DNA of 64,000 bases from an uncultured delta proteobacterium. Lineage in GTDB: Bacteria > Desulfobacterota > Binatia > UBA9968. The position numbers and the translations under genes were made by a program. Location of the stretch: positions 160,001 through 224,000 of the forward strand of contig CAVYTU010000008.1 of the NCBI GenBank assembly GCA_963771465.1. The letters run 5' to 3'. The notes beneath the pieces were generated by a model. That model did not search any database, was not told where the DNA came from, and worked only from the letters and a program-made list of their open reading frames with translations. Below, one piece after another: positions 37,338 through 47,340 of this stretch (the stretch's first letter is position 1; every line of letters begins with the position of its first letter).

Positions 37338-37882
37338 CTTACCGCCGGGTATTGCCCGGACGATGAAGACAGAAAGACGACGTAAAGGAGAGACACGACA
37401 ATGAATTCATGGGAACTAATCTTTCGACAAAGCAGAGTGAACAGCGCCAGCTATGACGGAGACCAACTCGTTGCACAGAATTGGGACTGGCCTCGAGGTA
37501 CGTGGTTTCAGCGGCGTCTGCGGTATCTCCGCAATGGTTACGGCAGATACACCAGAGCGCTGCCGGAAGAACGATAGCAATAAATTCATTGGTAACGGAG
37601 TCGTCATGAAAACAGCGGAAGTCCATTGGGATCTTTTTTGGCAAGCCTTTCGCCAACAGACTACGGAGCGCAAAAACTCCTGGCTCGGGCGATGGGCGTT
37701 CACCGACGACCGCGTCAGGTTGTCGATGCGGCCGGCACGAACGGACACGGACGATTCCGATTCTCCGGCATAGCGGCGTGGTTTCGATGAACCGGTACGG
37801 GAGAGGGATCGGAAGGCGGGTTGAACTACCCCGCAGCAAAGTGTGCGGTATCAGAATGACGCGACGCGAATTTTCCCAAAGG

Positions 37883-38006
37883 CGTCACCCCCGAATGCCT
37901 TTATCGGGGGTCCATCCGGACTCGCCTGGATTCCCGCTTAAAGCATGCGGGAATGACGGACTTCGGTAAGGAAATTAGTTTAACGCAGGGAGCTGCGGGA
38001 AATCGA
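37883..38006. repeat. CGTC-tagged REP-like palindromic repeat
   Basis: CGTCACCCCCGA..TCGGGGGTCC...GGATTCCCGC..GCGGGAATGACG; second copy at 55461..55561. Confidence 0.8.
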
Positions 38007-38016
38007 CTCACAGAAA

Positions 38017-38295
38017 TTGAATCAGCCAAAATCCCGGCGCAAGGCCGCGTTAGGTTCATCATATCGAAATTGGGGAGAACGTTTGAACTGCCAACGATGT
38101 TTGAGAGCAGAAGAAGCCGTGTACCGCGCCTATAGTGATATCATCGATCTGCAGGTATGCGCGGCCTGTGCTTCCGAGGCCTGGTGGTTAGGACTTAGTA
38201 TTGAAGTCCTTGACCAGCGGCCAACTCACCAAGAACGGCTGCTTACGCCACGGAACCGATTTGCCGACGCGGTTCGTTCCAAAGCAGCTAGCTGA
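38017..38295 (+). CDS. Small hypothetical protein with two CxxC motifs
   Basis: CQRC...CAAC; start uncertain. Confidence 0.4.
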   Translation: MNQPKSRRKAALGSSYRNWGERLNCQRCLRAEEAVYRAYSDIIDLQVCAACASEAWWLGLSIEVLDQRPTHQERLLTPRNRFADAVRSKAAS

Positions 38296-38771
38296 TCGCT
38301 TTGCGCGAGCCGATCTTGATGCCGCGGAATACGGCCGGCGGAGTTGAATCAAGAAACCGCAATGTTCCAACGATCTCGCTGGATCGAAACTTGGAACTCA
38401 TCAAATCGTTGATTGATAAGGTCCCGGTCAAGATGTGGGCGAAGCCTCGGCGTGGATGTTGTGTATTCGTGAGATTGAAGTGTGATACAAGCTCATTCTT
38501 GAGCGATTAATGAAATATTCGCCACCCCGTTGTTAAGTATTCATCAGCACTCATTTCTCACCATCTGTCTTCTTCCTCAAACGCCGATTGACTCAACCCC
38601 AGCTTCTTGCGGTGCGCCAGCAGCTCCTCGGCTTTAGTCGTTGGCGCCGACCGCCGTTAAAATCGTCTCCGCGATAACTTTCTTCCGCGCTTTCTTTTCG
38701 GCTTCAGCTGCCGCCATTAACTCAGTGTTTCTTTGCCTTACCCCCCGCGTAGACACTCTCTTGAGGACATA

Positions 38772-39845
38772 TCAGAGTGCCGGCAGCGGATCAGGGCCGG
38801 AAATTTTTTGAAACAGATTTACCGTTTCGGGGTCTCTTGGAATTTCCTTTATTGCTCTTGCTTGTTCTTCTGGGAGAAGTGGAGATGGTTCGCCACCCGT
38901 GTTTTTCGTAAAGACCGGCATGAATTCAGGGTCTTTGTAAATTTTTCGCATGGCGTCAGCCAATATCTGAACACGGTCCTTTGGAGTGCTTGGCGGTAAG
39001 ACGAAAGGCGAACCGATCAGGGTAAAGTTACGGTGCATATCGAGTACTTTTTTCACTCTGTCGTTTTTGACAAATTTGTCGATCGTCGGCAGGCCGTCGA
39101 AACTGGGATGAGCAAAGCGGTACCCCTTGGGTATTTCGTCGACCACATGAAAATGGACCAAGTCCTTATCGATCCAGGTCTTCAGTTGCTTGATGAAAAT
39201 ATCCGCGTTATAGGCTTGGGCGTCAAATTCACCGGCAAAAATCGCTTGCCGCAGGTCCGCACCCGAGTAACCGGTGACAAATTTCGGGTTTTTGAGCCCA
39301 AGGATCCAAGCAAACATGCGGCCTCGGACATAAACGGAGTGCCCGACAGATTGAGCCCCGAACCTTACGCCTGAGGCGGCTTGCAACTTCTCCAGTGTAT
39401 TCAGACCGACTTCTTGTCGTGTAAACAAGACGAAGTTGGTCCGGCTGTTGGTCGCGCCGAGGTATATGAACTTGTCAACATCATAGGCGACTCCTGTTTG
39501 ACCTAGCACCGCACCAGATACGAAGCCGGTTCCCGGAAGTCCTATGGTTAAGCCATCCGATTTCATCTGATATAGATAGTTGGCCGCTTTTCGCCCACCC
39601 CCGCCGGACATGTATTCGATAACTATAAAGGGATTTCCTGGTATGTGCTTCTGAAGGAATGGGATCAGTGTTCTGGTGCGTAAATCTCCGGTGCCGCCGG
39701 GCCCCTCGCTACCATCGAGGATCTTGAGCGTCTTTCCTTGGTAAAAGGGCGTTTGTGAATTCGCATCACGAGCCAATGGACTCGTCCACGTCAATCCTGC
39801 GATCAAAACAACTACTAACCGCACCCGGATTTTTGCTGGGTTCAT
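38772..39845 (-). CDS. TctC/Bug-family substrate-binding protein
   Basis: PFYQGKT, HIPGNP, GGGGRKAAN, DGLTIG and PPSTPKDRV motifs. Confidence 0.85.
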   Translation of the reverse strand: MNPAKIRVRLVVVLIAGLTWTSPLARDANSQTPFYQGKTLKILDGSEGPGGTGDLRTRTLIPFLQKHIPGNPFIVIEYMSGGGGRKAANYLYQMKSDGLTIGLPGTGFVSGAVLGQTGVAYDVDKFIYLGATNSRTNFVLFTRQEVGLNTLEKLQAASGVRFGAQSVGHSVYVRGRMFAWILGLKNPKFVTGYSGADLRQAIFAGEFDAQAYNADIFIKQLKTWIDKDLVHFHVVDEIPKGYRFAHPSFDGLPTIDKFVKNDRVKKVLDMHRNFTLIGSPFVLPPSTPKDRVQILADAMRKIYKDPEFMPVFTKNTGGEPSPLLPEEQARAIKEIPRDPETVNLFQKISGPDPLPAL

Positions 39846-39881
39846 CTTAGGCTCCTGCGTGAGTGTCGCCGGCAATGATTT

Positions 39882-40919
39882 CTATTTACCGCCGTACATC
39901 GCTTTCGCGTTCTCGTAGAGAATCTTGCGCTTTTGGCTTTCCGAAAGATCAGCGCGAGATTCTATTTTGTGCATGCTCTCGGGAAATTCATTGTCCCAAT
40001 GCGGAATATCGGAAGCATAAACGAAGTGATCGTCGCCGACGTACTTCAGTGTCTCGGGCAACAGAGTTTCTCCCGCCTCCACGCTGAAATATATCGGACG
40101 ATCCCTAACCACCTCGCTAGGAAGCCGTTTCAAGTCGGGCGTCTCTACATGCCCTCTCAATTCCCAGTGCTCATTCATACGGTCGAGCCAATACGGCAGC
40201 CAAGTGCACCCAATCTCGAGAAAAGCCATATGCAGTTTCGGAAAACGTTCCGGAACGCCCTGAAAAAGAATGCTTGTAAACTGCTGAAAGATACCGACCG
40301 GGAAGGCCACCGTGTGAACTTCGGTAAACGTTTCGAACATTCCCGAGGCAAGCTCTTGAGTCCCTTTGCGGGTACCATGAACTCCGAGCAAACATCCGAG
40401 ACTTTGAGCTTCTTCATAGATCGGGTCGTAGAAGCGATGGCCAAGCGGTAAAGTTAATCCCGTCGTCTTGATAGAAACGCCAACGAGGCCGAGCTCTTTG
40501 ACGGCCCTGCGAATTTCTCGCGCAGCCTCCTGCGGATCTTGCTGCGGAAAAATTGCCAATGGCTTCAGGCGCGGCGACACTTTAGCGAAATCGTCATGGA
40601 CGTAATTGTTATAGGCTCGGCAAAGAGCAATGGCATAGTCCTTTTCACGGACACCCGAAACATCGCCCGCGCTTGTTGAATAAAGATAGGCAAACTCCAT
40701 GTTGTTCTTGTCCATGATGCGGAGCCAGTCGTTTGCGCTTGGTCGGTGCGGCGACCACTCTTTATTGCGCGGAAGCGTACCTTGAAGATGGCCATCCCAT
40801 GGCTCGGCGGACACGAGCGAACCACCACGTCGATTATATGGTGCCGCCAAATAGGAGCGGAGTTTCTCTTTGTCTTCAATGATGTGACCGTCAGCATCGA
40901 TAACCATATTTTTAGACAT
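39882..40919 (-). CDS. Amidohydrolase_2 family protein
   Basis: IDADGH, RAYNN, VHG, ERFPKL..AFLE, YASDIPHWD and KILYENA motifs. Confidence 0.9.
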   Translation of the reverse strand: MSKNMVIDADGHIIEDKEKLRSYLAAPYNRRGGSLVSAEPWDGHLQGTLPRNKEWSPHRPSANDWLRIMDKNNMEFAYLYSTSAGDVSGVREKDYAIALCRAYNNYVHDDFAKVSPRLKPLAIFPQQDPQEAAREIRRAVKELGLVGVSIKTTGLTLPLGHRFYDPIYEEAQSLGCLLGVHGTRKGTQELASGMFETFTEVHTVAFPVGIFQQFTSILFQGVPERFPKLHMAFLEIGCTWLPYWLDRMNEHWELRGHVETPDLKRLPSEVVRDRPIYFSVEAGETLLPETLKYVGDDHFVYASDIPHWDNEFPESMHKIESRADLSESQKRKILYENAKAMYGGK

Positions 40920-40997
40920 TGCTGTCCTCCATTTTTCAGTTACTCTCCATGACATGATGCCGGTTTTCGATCAGAGAAGGGCACCATTCTTGACCGT

Positions 40998-41819
40998 TCA
41001 CCCGGACCTAAAGGGTCGATCCCTAGCCTCGAGAAAAGCCTTTAATCCTTCTTCCTTTCGTATTTTCGCAAGTGCCTCGGTGTCATTTTCGGCCGGTGTT
41101 AGAAACTTGAGCAATGACGATACCCGGGTGCCCAGCTCCTGCATCGGACGTAAGCCGCGCTCTTCATAGATCATCGAAATCCACCGTTTGACAGAGCGGG
41201 CCGTTACCGGCGGAACATGCGCTAGCCGTTGCGCTAACGCAAGAGCAACATTTTGCGCTTCACCGCTGGGAACGACGCGCGCAACGAGCCCTAGTCTCTC
41301 GGCCTCGTGCGCACTAATGAGGTCACCGGAAAGCATGAACAGTTTTGCTTGCTGCGGACCCATGAGCCAGGGAACGATGGTTGCGACGAACGAGCCTGAT
41401 CTGATTTCCGGCTGGCCGAACCGAGCATCTTCCGCAGCGATCACAATGTCGCACCACAGCGCGAGTTCTAATCCACGGCCGATGCAATGCCCGTGAACGG
41501 CGGCGATGATAGGCTTTGGGATCTCCCATAGGCGAAATTGCCGGTCTGAAACTGAATCGCGTTTTTCCCACTCTTCGAGCACGCCTTTGCTTCGCGGCCC
41601 TTTGATGTACGAGCCGGCCGAAAAACTGCGGCCGGCGCCATTAATCACGATCGCGCGAACCGAGCGATCGCGCTCCGCGTCGCCGAGCGCGGCATCCAAC
41701 TCTAAATATACGTTCTCATCCAGCGTGTTCAGCTTGTCCGGTCGGTTCAAAGTAATGGTGGCGACTCTCCCGTTTTTGTCATAGAGCACGAATTTCGTAT
41801 CCCGCGCTTTAACCGACAT
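40998..41819 (-). CDS. Enoyl-CoA hydratase/isomerase family protein
   Basis: ITLNRPDKLN, KPIIAAVHG...G.GLELAL.CD and FGQPE motifs. Confidence 0.9.
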   Translation of the reverse strand: MSVKARDTKFVLYDKNGRVATITLNRPDKLNTLDENVYLELDAALGDAERDRSVRAIVINGAGRSFSAGSYIKGPRSKGVLEEWEKRDSVSDRQFRLWEIPKPIIAAVHGHCIGRGLELALWCDIVIAAEDARFGQPEIRSGSFVATIVPWLMGPQQAKLFMLSGDLISAHEAERLGLVARVVPSGEAQNVALALAQRLAHVPPVTARSVKRWISMIYEERGLRPMQELGTRVSSLLKFLTPAENDTEALAKIRKEEGLKAFLEARDRPFRSG

Positions 41820-41916
41820 TGGGATGTCCTCTTCTTTGCGCCAAAGATCGCATCGCATTAAACATTGGTTTCAAAAGTTGACCGTCTTCGAGAAGCGAAA
41901 GGAGTTCGATCGATCG

Positions 41917-42267
41917 TCAGACGACGCACCAGCCTTGAACGGCAAGATCGAGGCGATTGCCTTCCGGATCTAGCGCGCGGAATTCCGCGTCGTGGTCCTC
42001 CGGCATCGCTGTGAGTTCACCAGTTCCGCCGGCATTCTTCAGGGTTCCTGCCAAATCGCTGACGTCGTCGACGTCGAATCCGATGACATAGAAACCGGGC
42101 TTGGCATCGCCAATCTTGTCGACAATGGCTAGGTTAAAGTTCCCATCCGAAAGATGGGTGCTGTGAGGCCGGCCATAAATGACCTTTAGGTCAAAGGCAT
42201 CAATATAGAATTTCACCAATCGCTCGCGGTTGGCAGTTACGATGGCGAGATGACGAAGCTTGGGCAT
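41917..42267 (-). CDS. VOC/glyoxalase family protein
   Basis: LRHLAI, LSDG..NLA and DPEGNRLDL motifs. Confidence 0.85.
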   Translation of the reverse strand: MPKLRHLAIVTANRERLVKFYIDAFDLKVIYGRPHSTHLSDGNFNLAIVDKIGDAKPGFYVIGFDVDDVSDLAGTLKNAGGTGELTAMPEDHDAEFRALDPEGNRLDLAVQGWCVV

Positions 42268-42337
42268 TAGAATCTCCTTGCATCAATCGTAATTAAGTCT
42301 GGATCTGTTTCGACGCCGCATGTGCGGCTAATACCTG

Positions 42338-42685
42338 TCACACGGGCCAGCCGTGCATGGATAAATCGATTGCATTTCCATCTGGATCGAAAACCCGAAA
42401 TTCAGCTTCGCGGTTCCTCGGCCGTTTTTGAACTTCACTGCTAGCTCCGGCGTCCTTTAGCTTTTTCTTTAGAGCTTCGATATCCTCGACGTCTACCCCG
42501 AAATGATAGATACCGGGCTCTCGCCCAGTATAGATTTTGTTCAACGCAAGATTGATTGAACCATCCGAAAGGTAAATGGCGCCGCCCAACCCTTTCACTT
42601 GCTTCATACCGAAGGCCTTTGTATAAAATTCTCGCAACTTCGCCGGGTCCGAACTCGCAATCGCTACATGACGAATTTTGGGCAT
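42338..42685 (-). CDS. VOC/glyoxalase family protein
   Basis: IRHVAI, LSDGSINLA, HFG and DPDGNAIDL motifs; paralogue of the previous gene. Confidence 0.85.
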   Translation of the reverse strand: MPKIRHVAIASSDPAKLREFYTKAFGMKQVKGLGGAIYLSDGSINLALNKIYTGREPGIYHFGVDVEDIEALKKKLKDAGASSEVQKRPRNREAEFRVFDPDGNAIDLSMHGWPV

Positions 42686-42720
42686 GTCTGACCTCCTTAG
42701 TTTTTATTCTCGTTTCGTTA

Positions 42721-43437
42721 TTAAACCATTCGCATAAGCTGTCCGTAACCAGAAATCTTCTCCTTCATGCCAATTGCCTTAAATGCTGCATGAAGCTGTG
42801 AGGTTGTATTTGCAATAACCGGTAGCCCCAAGTCCGTCTCGATCGTTTCGATGACATCCACGACGGGAAAATTGGCACAGGGTATAAAAATTCCTTCGGC
42901 TTTTCCGGCTTCTTTGACGGCTTGCTTGGCCGCCCGATAAATATCTCCGACCGATGCGACACTCGATTCTGTGAAGGTGGTTCCAAGACTTACCAATGAA
43001 GCCACTTCGAACCCCCACTCTTTGAGATAGTTGATCATTTTCTGATTGAGCTCTGGAGGGTAGGGAACCACGGCAGCCAACCGCGTGACCGACAGTTCTC
43101 TGAATGCGTCCATCGCCGCCACGATGCTGGTGGTGCAGGGAACGCCGGTGATCTTCTGCATTTTTTCGATCAGGCTGGTCTCGAATCCTTTGCCCTGCGC
43201 CAATACCAAGGGTGCGCCACCGTGAATTATATAGTCGCAGAATCTTCTTCCCAGCTCTCGAGAACAGGCTTCCACTCTATCGAGCGCTTCTCGATAGGCC
43301 TCTTCTTTCCATCCCCCCACCATACAAGTCACTGCGATCAAACCAACACCCTGAGGTGCTATGCGATAAAAATCGTAGGCGTTGAGTTCAATGATGGACG
43401 GCGAAATATAGCCAATTCTGCCTCTAAAGCCGAACAT
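42721..43437 (-). CDS. Arylmalonate decarboxylase / maleate isomerase (Asp/Glu racemase superfamily) protein
   Basis: RIGYISPS, PCTT, VVPY..ELN, IFIPCANF and IETDLGLPV motifs. Confidence 0.8.
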   Translation of the reverse strand: MFGFRGRIGYISPSIIELNAYDFYRIAPQGVGLIAVTCMVGGWKEEAYREALDRVEACSRELGRRFCDYIIHGGAPLVLAQGKGFETSLIEKMQKITGVPCTTSIVAAMDAFRELSVTRLAAVVPYPPELNQKMINYLKEWGFEVASLVSLGTTFTESSVASVGDIYRAAKQAVKEAGKAEGIFIPCANFPVVDVIETIETDLGLPVIANTTSQLHAAFKAIGMKEKISGYGQLMRMV

Positions 43438-43533
43438 ATGTACCTCGTTTTCTTTCTCCGATTGGCGATGCAAAACCGCTGTAGTGCATCGTGATCACGT
43501 CTTTGCCAACAAGAGAAAACATCGCATCGACGA

Positions 43534-45102
43534 CTAATAGCCTATGGCGTATCCATCCCGGCGCGGGTCGGCGCCCGCCTGGAAAACACCGGTATTTCGA
43601 TCCATCAATATTCCTTCAGCGCCGCCCATGCGAAAATCCCAAGACTCGGTAACTTTAACCTTGAAGCCGGCATTTTGGAGGTGGAGCTGTGTTTCACTCG
43701 GAAAGCGAGTTTCGATTTCTACCGTACTCGCACCTTTGCGCTGCCAGCGGGGCGCCTCAATGGCTTGTTGGATGTCCATGCCAAAGTCAATCAGATTGGA
43801 CAGGATCTGCGCCAAAAATTGAGTCTGTCCCATTCCCCCGGGAGTTCCGAGTGCTAACCAGGGCGCATTATCCTTGAATACCAGAGCGGGGCTTAGAGTA
43901 TGCGCGGGCCGCTTGTGCGGCGCCATTTCGTTTGGATGACCCGGCTCGAGATTGAATCCCTGTGTCCGATTATTAAGGATAACGCCGGTGCCGTCAGCGA
44001 CAATGCCGCAACCGAAACTTTCGTGCACGCTTTGAATCATCGACACCCAGTTCCCTTGAGCGTCTGCGGTTGTGATATAGGTTGTGTCTTCGCCCGAACG
44101 AGCGGAAATTTGCGTGCTGCATGACGGGAACGCTTTCATCTCTGGATAATTGAGGAGAAAGGTATCGAGCGCCTTTCGATCGAACGACTCCGAATCTGCG
44201 ATCCACAAACATCCATTTTCTAATGCCTGCATTTGAGCTTTCAGCTGGAGCTCGACTATTTCTCCACTGTTTTGCGTCAGAGTCGCGGGATCGTGTCTTT
44301 CCAGAAGCGCCAACTGAAGCAGAAGGAGCAAGCCGTAAGAATTTGGCGGGGGGACATAAACATCATAGCCCCTGTAAACGCCGTGAATCGGAGTTTCCCA
44401 GACCGACTGGTGTTCGCGAAAATCTTCGAGACTAAAACATCCGCCCTTTTCTTCAAATGTTCGACAAATGGATTCGGCCACACGACCGGCATAAAATGCA
44501 TCTCTGCCACCGCAGCTAACCTCGCTCATGGTGCCAGCAAGGTCGTTTTGAACTAACAACTCATTGACTTGCACTGGCTTGCCTTGAGGGAAAAATATTT
44601 TCGCCCACGCCGGATCCGTATGCCCTCGCTCGCCAAAACTTTTGATCACGCGCGCGAGATGAGGAAAGACCGGGAATCCATTTGCTGCGTAGTCAATGGC
44701 TGGCTCCCACAGTTCTTTAAGAGGTCGGGTGGCGAATCTGTTCGCGAGTTGTATCCACGCGTCGACTGCACCCGGCACGTTGGCCGCAAGTGGACCTCGT
44801 GTAGGGATTTCATCTTGGTAGAACTCACGCTTGAGCAGACTCGGAGATTTTCCCGACCCATTAAGACAATAAACTTTTTTATCCTCCGCTGAATAGTACA
44901 GAGCGAAGACATCGCCGCCGAGACCGCAGTGATAAGATTTTATCACTGATAAGACCCCGGCTGCAGCGAGGGCGGCATCCATTGCATTGCCGCCTTTTTT
45001 TAGAAAATACAGAGCTTCGCAAGTCGCAACGGAGTGCCCAGTTGACGCCATGCCGTGACGTCCCGTGATGACCGGTCGATGAGCCTTCGAGTCTTCAACC
45101 AT
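43534..45102 (-). CDS. ggt: Gamma-glutamyltransferase family protein
   Basis: GGNAMDAA, GLGGD, DTT nucleophile, KRPAHTL, GTPGG and ADPRRDG motifs. Confidence 0.9.
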   Translation of the reverse strand: MVEDSKAHRPVITGRHGMASTGHSVATCEALYFLKKGGNAMDAALAAAGVLSVIKSYHCGLGGDVFALYYSAEDKKVYCLNGSGKSPSLLKREFYQDEIPTRGPLAANVPGAVDAWIQLANRFATRPLKELWEPAIDYAANGFPVFPHLARVIKSFGERGHTDPAWAKIFFPQGKPVQVNELLVQNDLAGTMSEVSCGGRDAFYAGRVAESICRTFEEKGGCFSLEDFREHQSVWETPIHGVYRGYDVYVPPPNSYGLLLLLQLALLERHDPATLTQNSGEIVELQLKAQMQALENGCLWIADSESFDRKALDTFLLNYPEMKAFPSCSTQISARSGEDTTYITTADAQGNWVSMIQSVHESFGCGIVADGTGVILNNRTQGFNLEPGHPNEMAPHKRPAHTLSPALVFKDNAPWLALGTPGGMGQTQFLAQILSNLIDFGMDIQQAIEAPRWQRKGASTVEIETRFPSETQLHLQNAGFKVKVTESWDFRMGGAEGILMDRNTGVFQAGADPRRDGYAIGY

Positions 45103-45167
45103 TCTGGTTCATTAATCCCTTAACCTTGTATTCGCTTCCACTTTCGCGCTCGAAACGAAACCCTCCG

Positions 45168-46280
45168 TTATCGCTTTGGCAATGGCCCCTCTCCAGAGAT
45201 CAAGTTGTAGAGCTTCACGTCTTGCGGTTCTCTAGGAATAGCTCTGACCATGCTTTCGAGCTCCTCGGGCATAAGTGGAGAGGGCTCTCCTTTAGTCATA
45301 GTTCGCCAATTTTCGTGGAATTCTTTGTCTTTCCAGACTTTTGCAAATGCATCTTTCAAAGTTTTGACTCGTTCCGGAGGAGTATTAGGTGGTAGAACGA
45401 ACGCTTGCAGAAATTGCATAAAGCTGACGTACATCTGCACCACTCTTTTTTCTCGTTCACTTGTCGCGAAATCATGTAAAGCCGGCAGGCGAGCCAAGGC
45501 AGGATGATTTGGTCGAAATCCGAACGGAACCTCAATGACGCCGTGAACGTGCACCAGTCCATCGGTGATGAATTGCGGTGTTCGCTGAATCACTGCGTCA
45601 ACGCTATTAGCCCGCGCGTCGAGTTCACCTTGCGCAATCGCCACATCGATTTCCGCTCCCGAGTAACCAACGACGAATTTGGGGTCTTTGATATCGAGAA
45701 GCCAGGCAAAGAGTCGGGCCGCGACGTAATTTGAGTGACCGATAGATTGGCCGCCTATACGTAAATTCGTGCTCTTTTTTAGTTTATCCAGGCTATCGAG
45801 GCCGACCTCCTTCCTGGTAAAAAATAAAGTAGATCCTTCACTATGGCCGGAGCCGAGATAAACGAATTTATTCACATCATACAAAACGCCGGGCGATCCG
45901 AGAATGGGACTGGATACAAAACCGCTACCTACTCTGCCAATGGTTAATCCATCTGGACGCGCATTATTGAAAAGGAAGTTGGCGGCTTTTCTTCCGCCGG
46001 CGCCTTCCATGAACTGTATAACAATATTGGGATTTCCCGGTACGTGTTTTTTTAGACTTGCGATCACCGCATTGGTCCGCAAGTTGCCAACTCCTCCGGC
46101 GGAACTATCTTGAATGATCGTGATAGTCTTACCGCGGTAAAAATCAGCTTGCGAAAACACGTCAGCTGGAAGCATCCCAAGCAGAAACAACACGGAGATT
46201 GCGGCGCAAACGAAGGCTCGACTGCGCATTTTAATGAACGTTCTGGATGGTGTCATGATGATGCTTTCCATGATTAACAA
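45168..46280 (-). CDS. TctC/Bug-family substrate-binding protein
   Basis: FYRGKTI, HVPGNP, GAGGRKAAN and PDGLTIG motifs; start probably a few codons downstream. Confidence 0.85.
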   Translation of the reverse strand: MLIMESIIMTPSRTFIKMRSRAFVCAAISVLFLLGMLPADVFSQADFYRGKTITIIQDSSAGGVGNLRTNAVIASLKKHVPGNPNIVIQFMEGAGGRKAANFLFNNARPDGLTIGRVGSGFVSSPILGSPGVLYDVNKFVYLGSGHSEGSTLFFTRKEVGLDSLDKLKKSTNLRIGGQSIGHSNYVAARLFAWLLDIKDPKFVVGYSGAEIDVAIAQGELDARANSVDAVIQRTPQFITDGLVHVHGVIEVPFGFRPNHPALARLPALHDFATSEREKRVVQMYVSFMQFLQAFVLPPNTPPERVKTLKDAFAKVWKDKEFHENWRTMTKGEPSPLMPEELESMVRAIPREPQDVKLYNLISGEGPLPKR

Positions 46281-46281
46281 T

Positions 46282-47001
46282 TTATAAAAGACGTAGCAGT
46301 TTTCCGTAGCCGTCTATTTTCTCCCTCATACCGATGGCTTTAAATGCGGAATACAGCTGTGATGTAATATTCGCTATGACGGGAAGTCCCGTATCGGTCT
46401 CGATATCGGTAATGACGTCAACGACGGGAAAATTAGTACACGGAATAAAGATCGCGTCAGCATTTTGCGCCTCTTTTGCGGCCTTCCTGGCGGCCTGATA
46501 GATGTCGGCTACAGAAGCAATACTTGATCTTGTAAACGCCGTTCCAAGACTCACAACAGACATCACGCTGAAGCCCCACTGATCAAGATACTCCGTCAGT
46601 TTTGCGTTAAGGTCCGGCGGATAAGGATCGACCACGGCGAGCCTTGAAGCGCCAAGATCTCTAAACGCTTCCATGGCTGCAACGATGGCGGTTGTACACG
46701 GAACACCTGTGATTTTTTGAAGCGATTCTACTAGGCGAGACTCGTAGCCCTTTTCCTGGGATAGGACCAGCGGCGCTCCCGCATGAACTACAAAATCACA
46801 AAATCGTCGGCTGAGCTCGATGGCGCAAGCTTCAACCTTAGCTAATGCTTCTTTATAGGCTGCGTCCTTCCAGTCCTCGACCATGCAGGTCACCGCGATC
46901 ATTCCCACGCCCTTGGGAACAATGCGATAGAAATCGTATCCCCTGAGTTCAATGACCGAGGGCGAGATAAAGCCGATTCTTGCGCGAGATCCAAAAAGCA
47001 C
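46282..47001 (-). CDS. Arylmalonate decarboxylase / maleate isomerase family protein
   Basis: GTG start after AGGAG; close paralogue of 42721..43437; IFIPCTNF. Confidence 0.8.
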   Translation of the reverse strand: MLFGSRARIGFISPSVIELRGYDFYRIVPKGVGMIAVTCMVEDWKDAAYKEALAKVEACAIELSRRFCDFVVHAGAPLVLSQEKGYESRLVESLQKITGVPCTTAIVAAMEAFRDLGASRLAVVDPYPPDLNAKLTEYLDQWGFSVMSVVSLGTAFTRSSIASVADIYQAARKAAKEAQNADAIFIPCTNFPVVDVITDIETDTGLPVIANITSQLYSAFKAIGMREKIDGYGKLLRLL

Positions 47002-47286
47002 GTTTCTCCTCACTAGAAGTTAAGGCAAAAACGAATAATCTGCGAGACGCAATATTCACCAACTTTTGACCGGAGTCTCTCGGTTACAACAAAGTCTTCG
47101 AGATTAAATAAAGTGATCTGTGCCGATATCCAAATTAGTCGGTTCACCGGAACCGGCGGCGATCCATATTTATCGAACGACAGAGATTGACTGTTTCCCG
47201 CTTGTGGCGCCAAAAAAATGACCGGATTGAGACCGGTAGTGAAAGAGTCTGCATCCCTAGATCAACCCTTTTGAGTCGATTAACAA

Positions 47287-47321
47287 ATTGGAATAGTATA
47301 TGTCAAATAAATAATTCCAAT
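47287..47321. promoter_or_regulatory. Inverted repeat in the divergent LysR promoter
   Basis: ATTGGAAT-N19-ATTCCAAT in an AT-rich stretch just upstream of lysR. Confidence 0.4.
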
Positions 47322-47340
47322 ACTTTCATCAGAAATTCTC

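Noticed and set aside
38557-38717. Fragment TKAEELLAHRKKLGLSQSAF resembling an XRE HTH start near the islet edge
   Set aside because: It is too short and frameshifted to call; possibly a relic.
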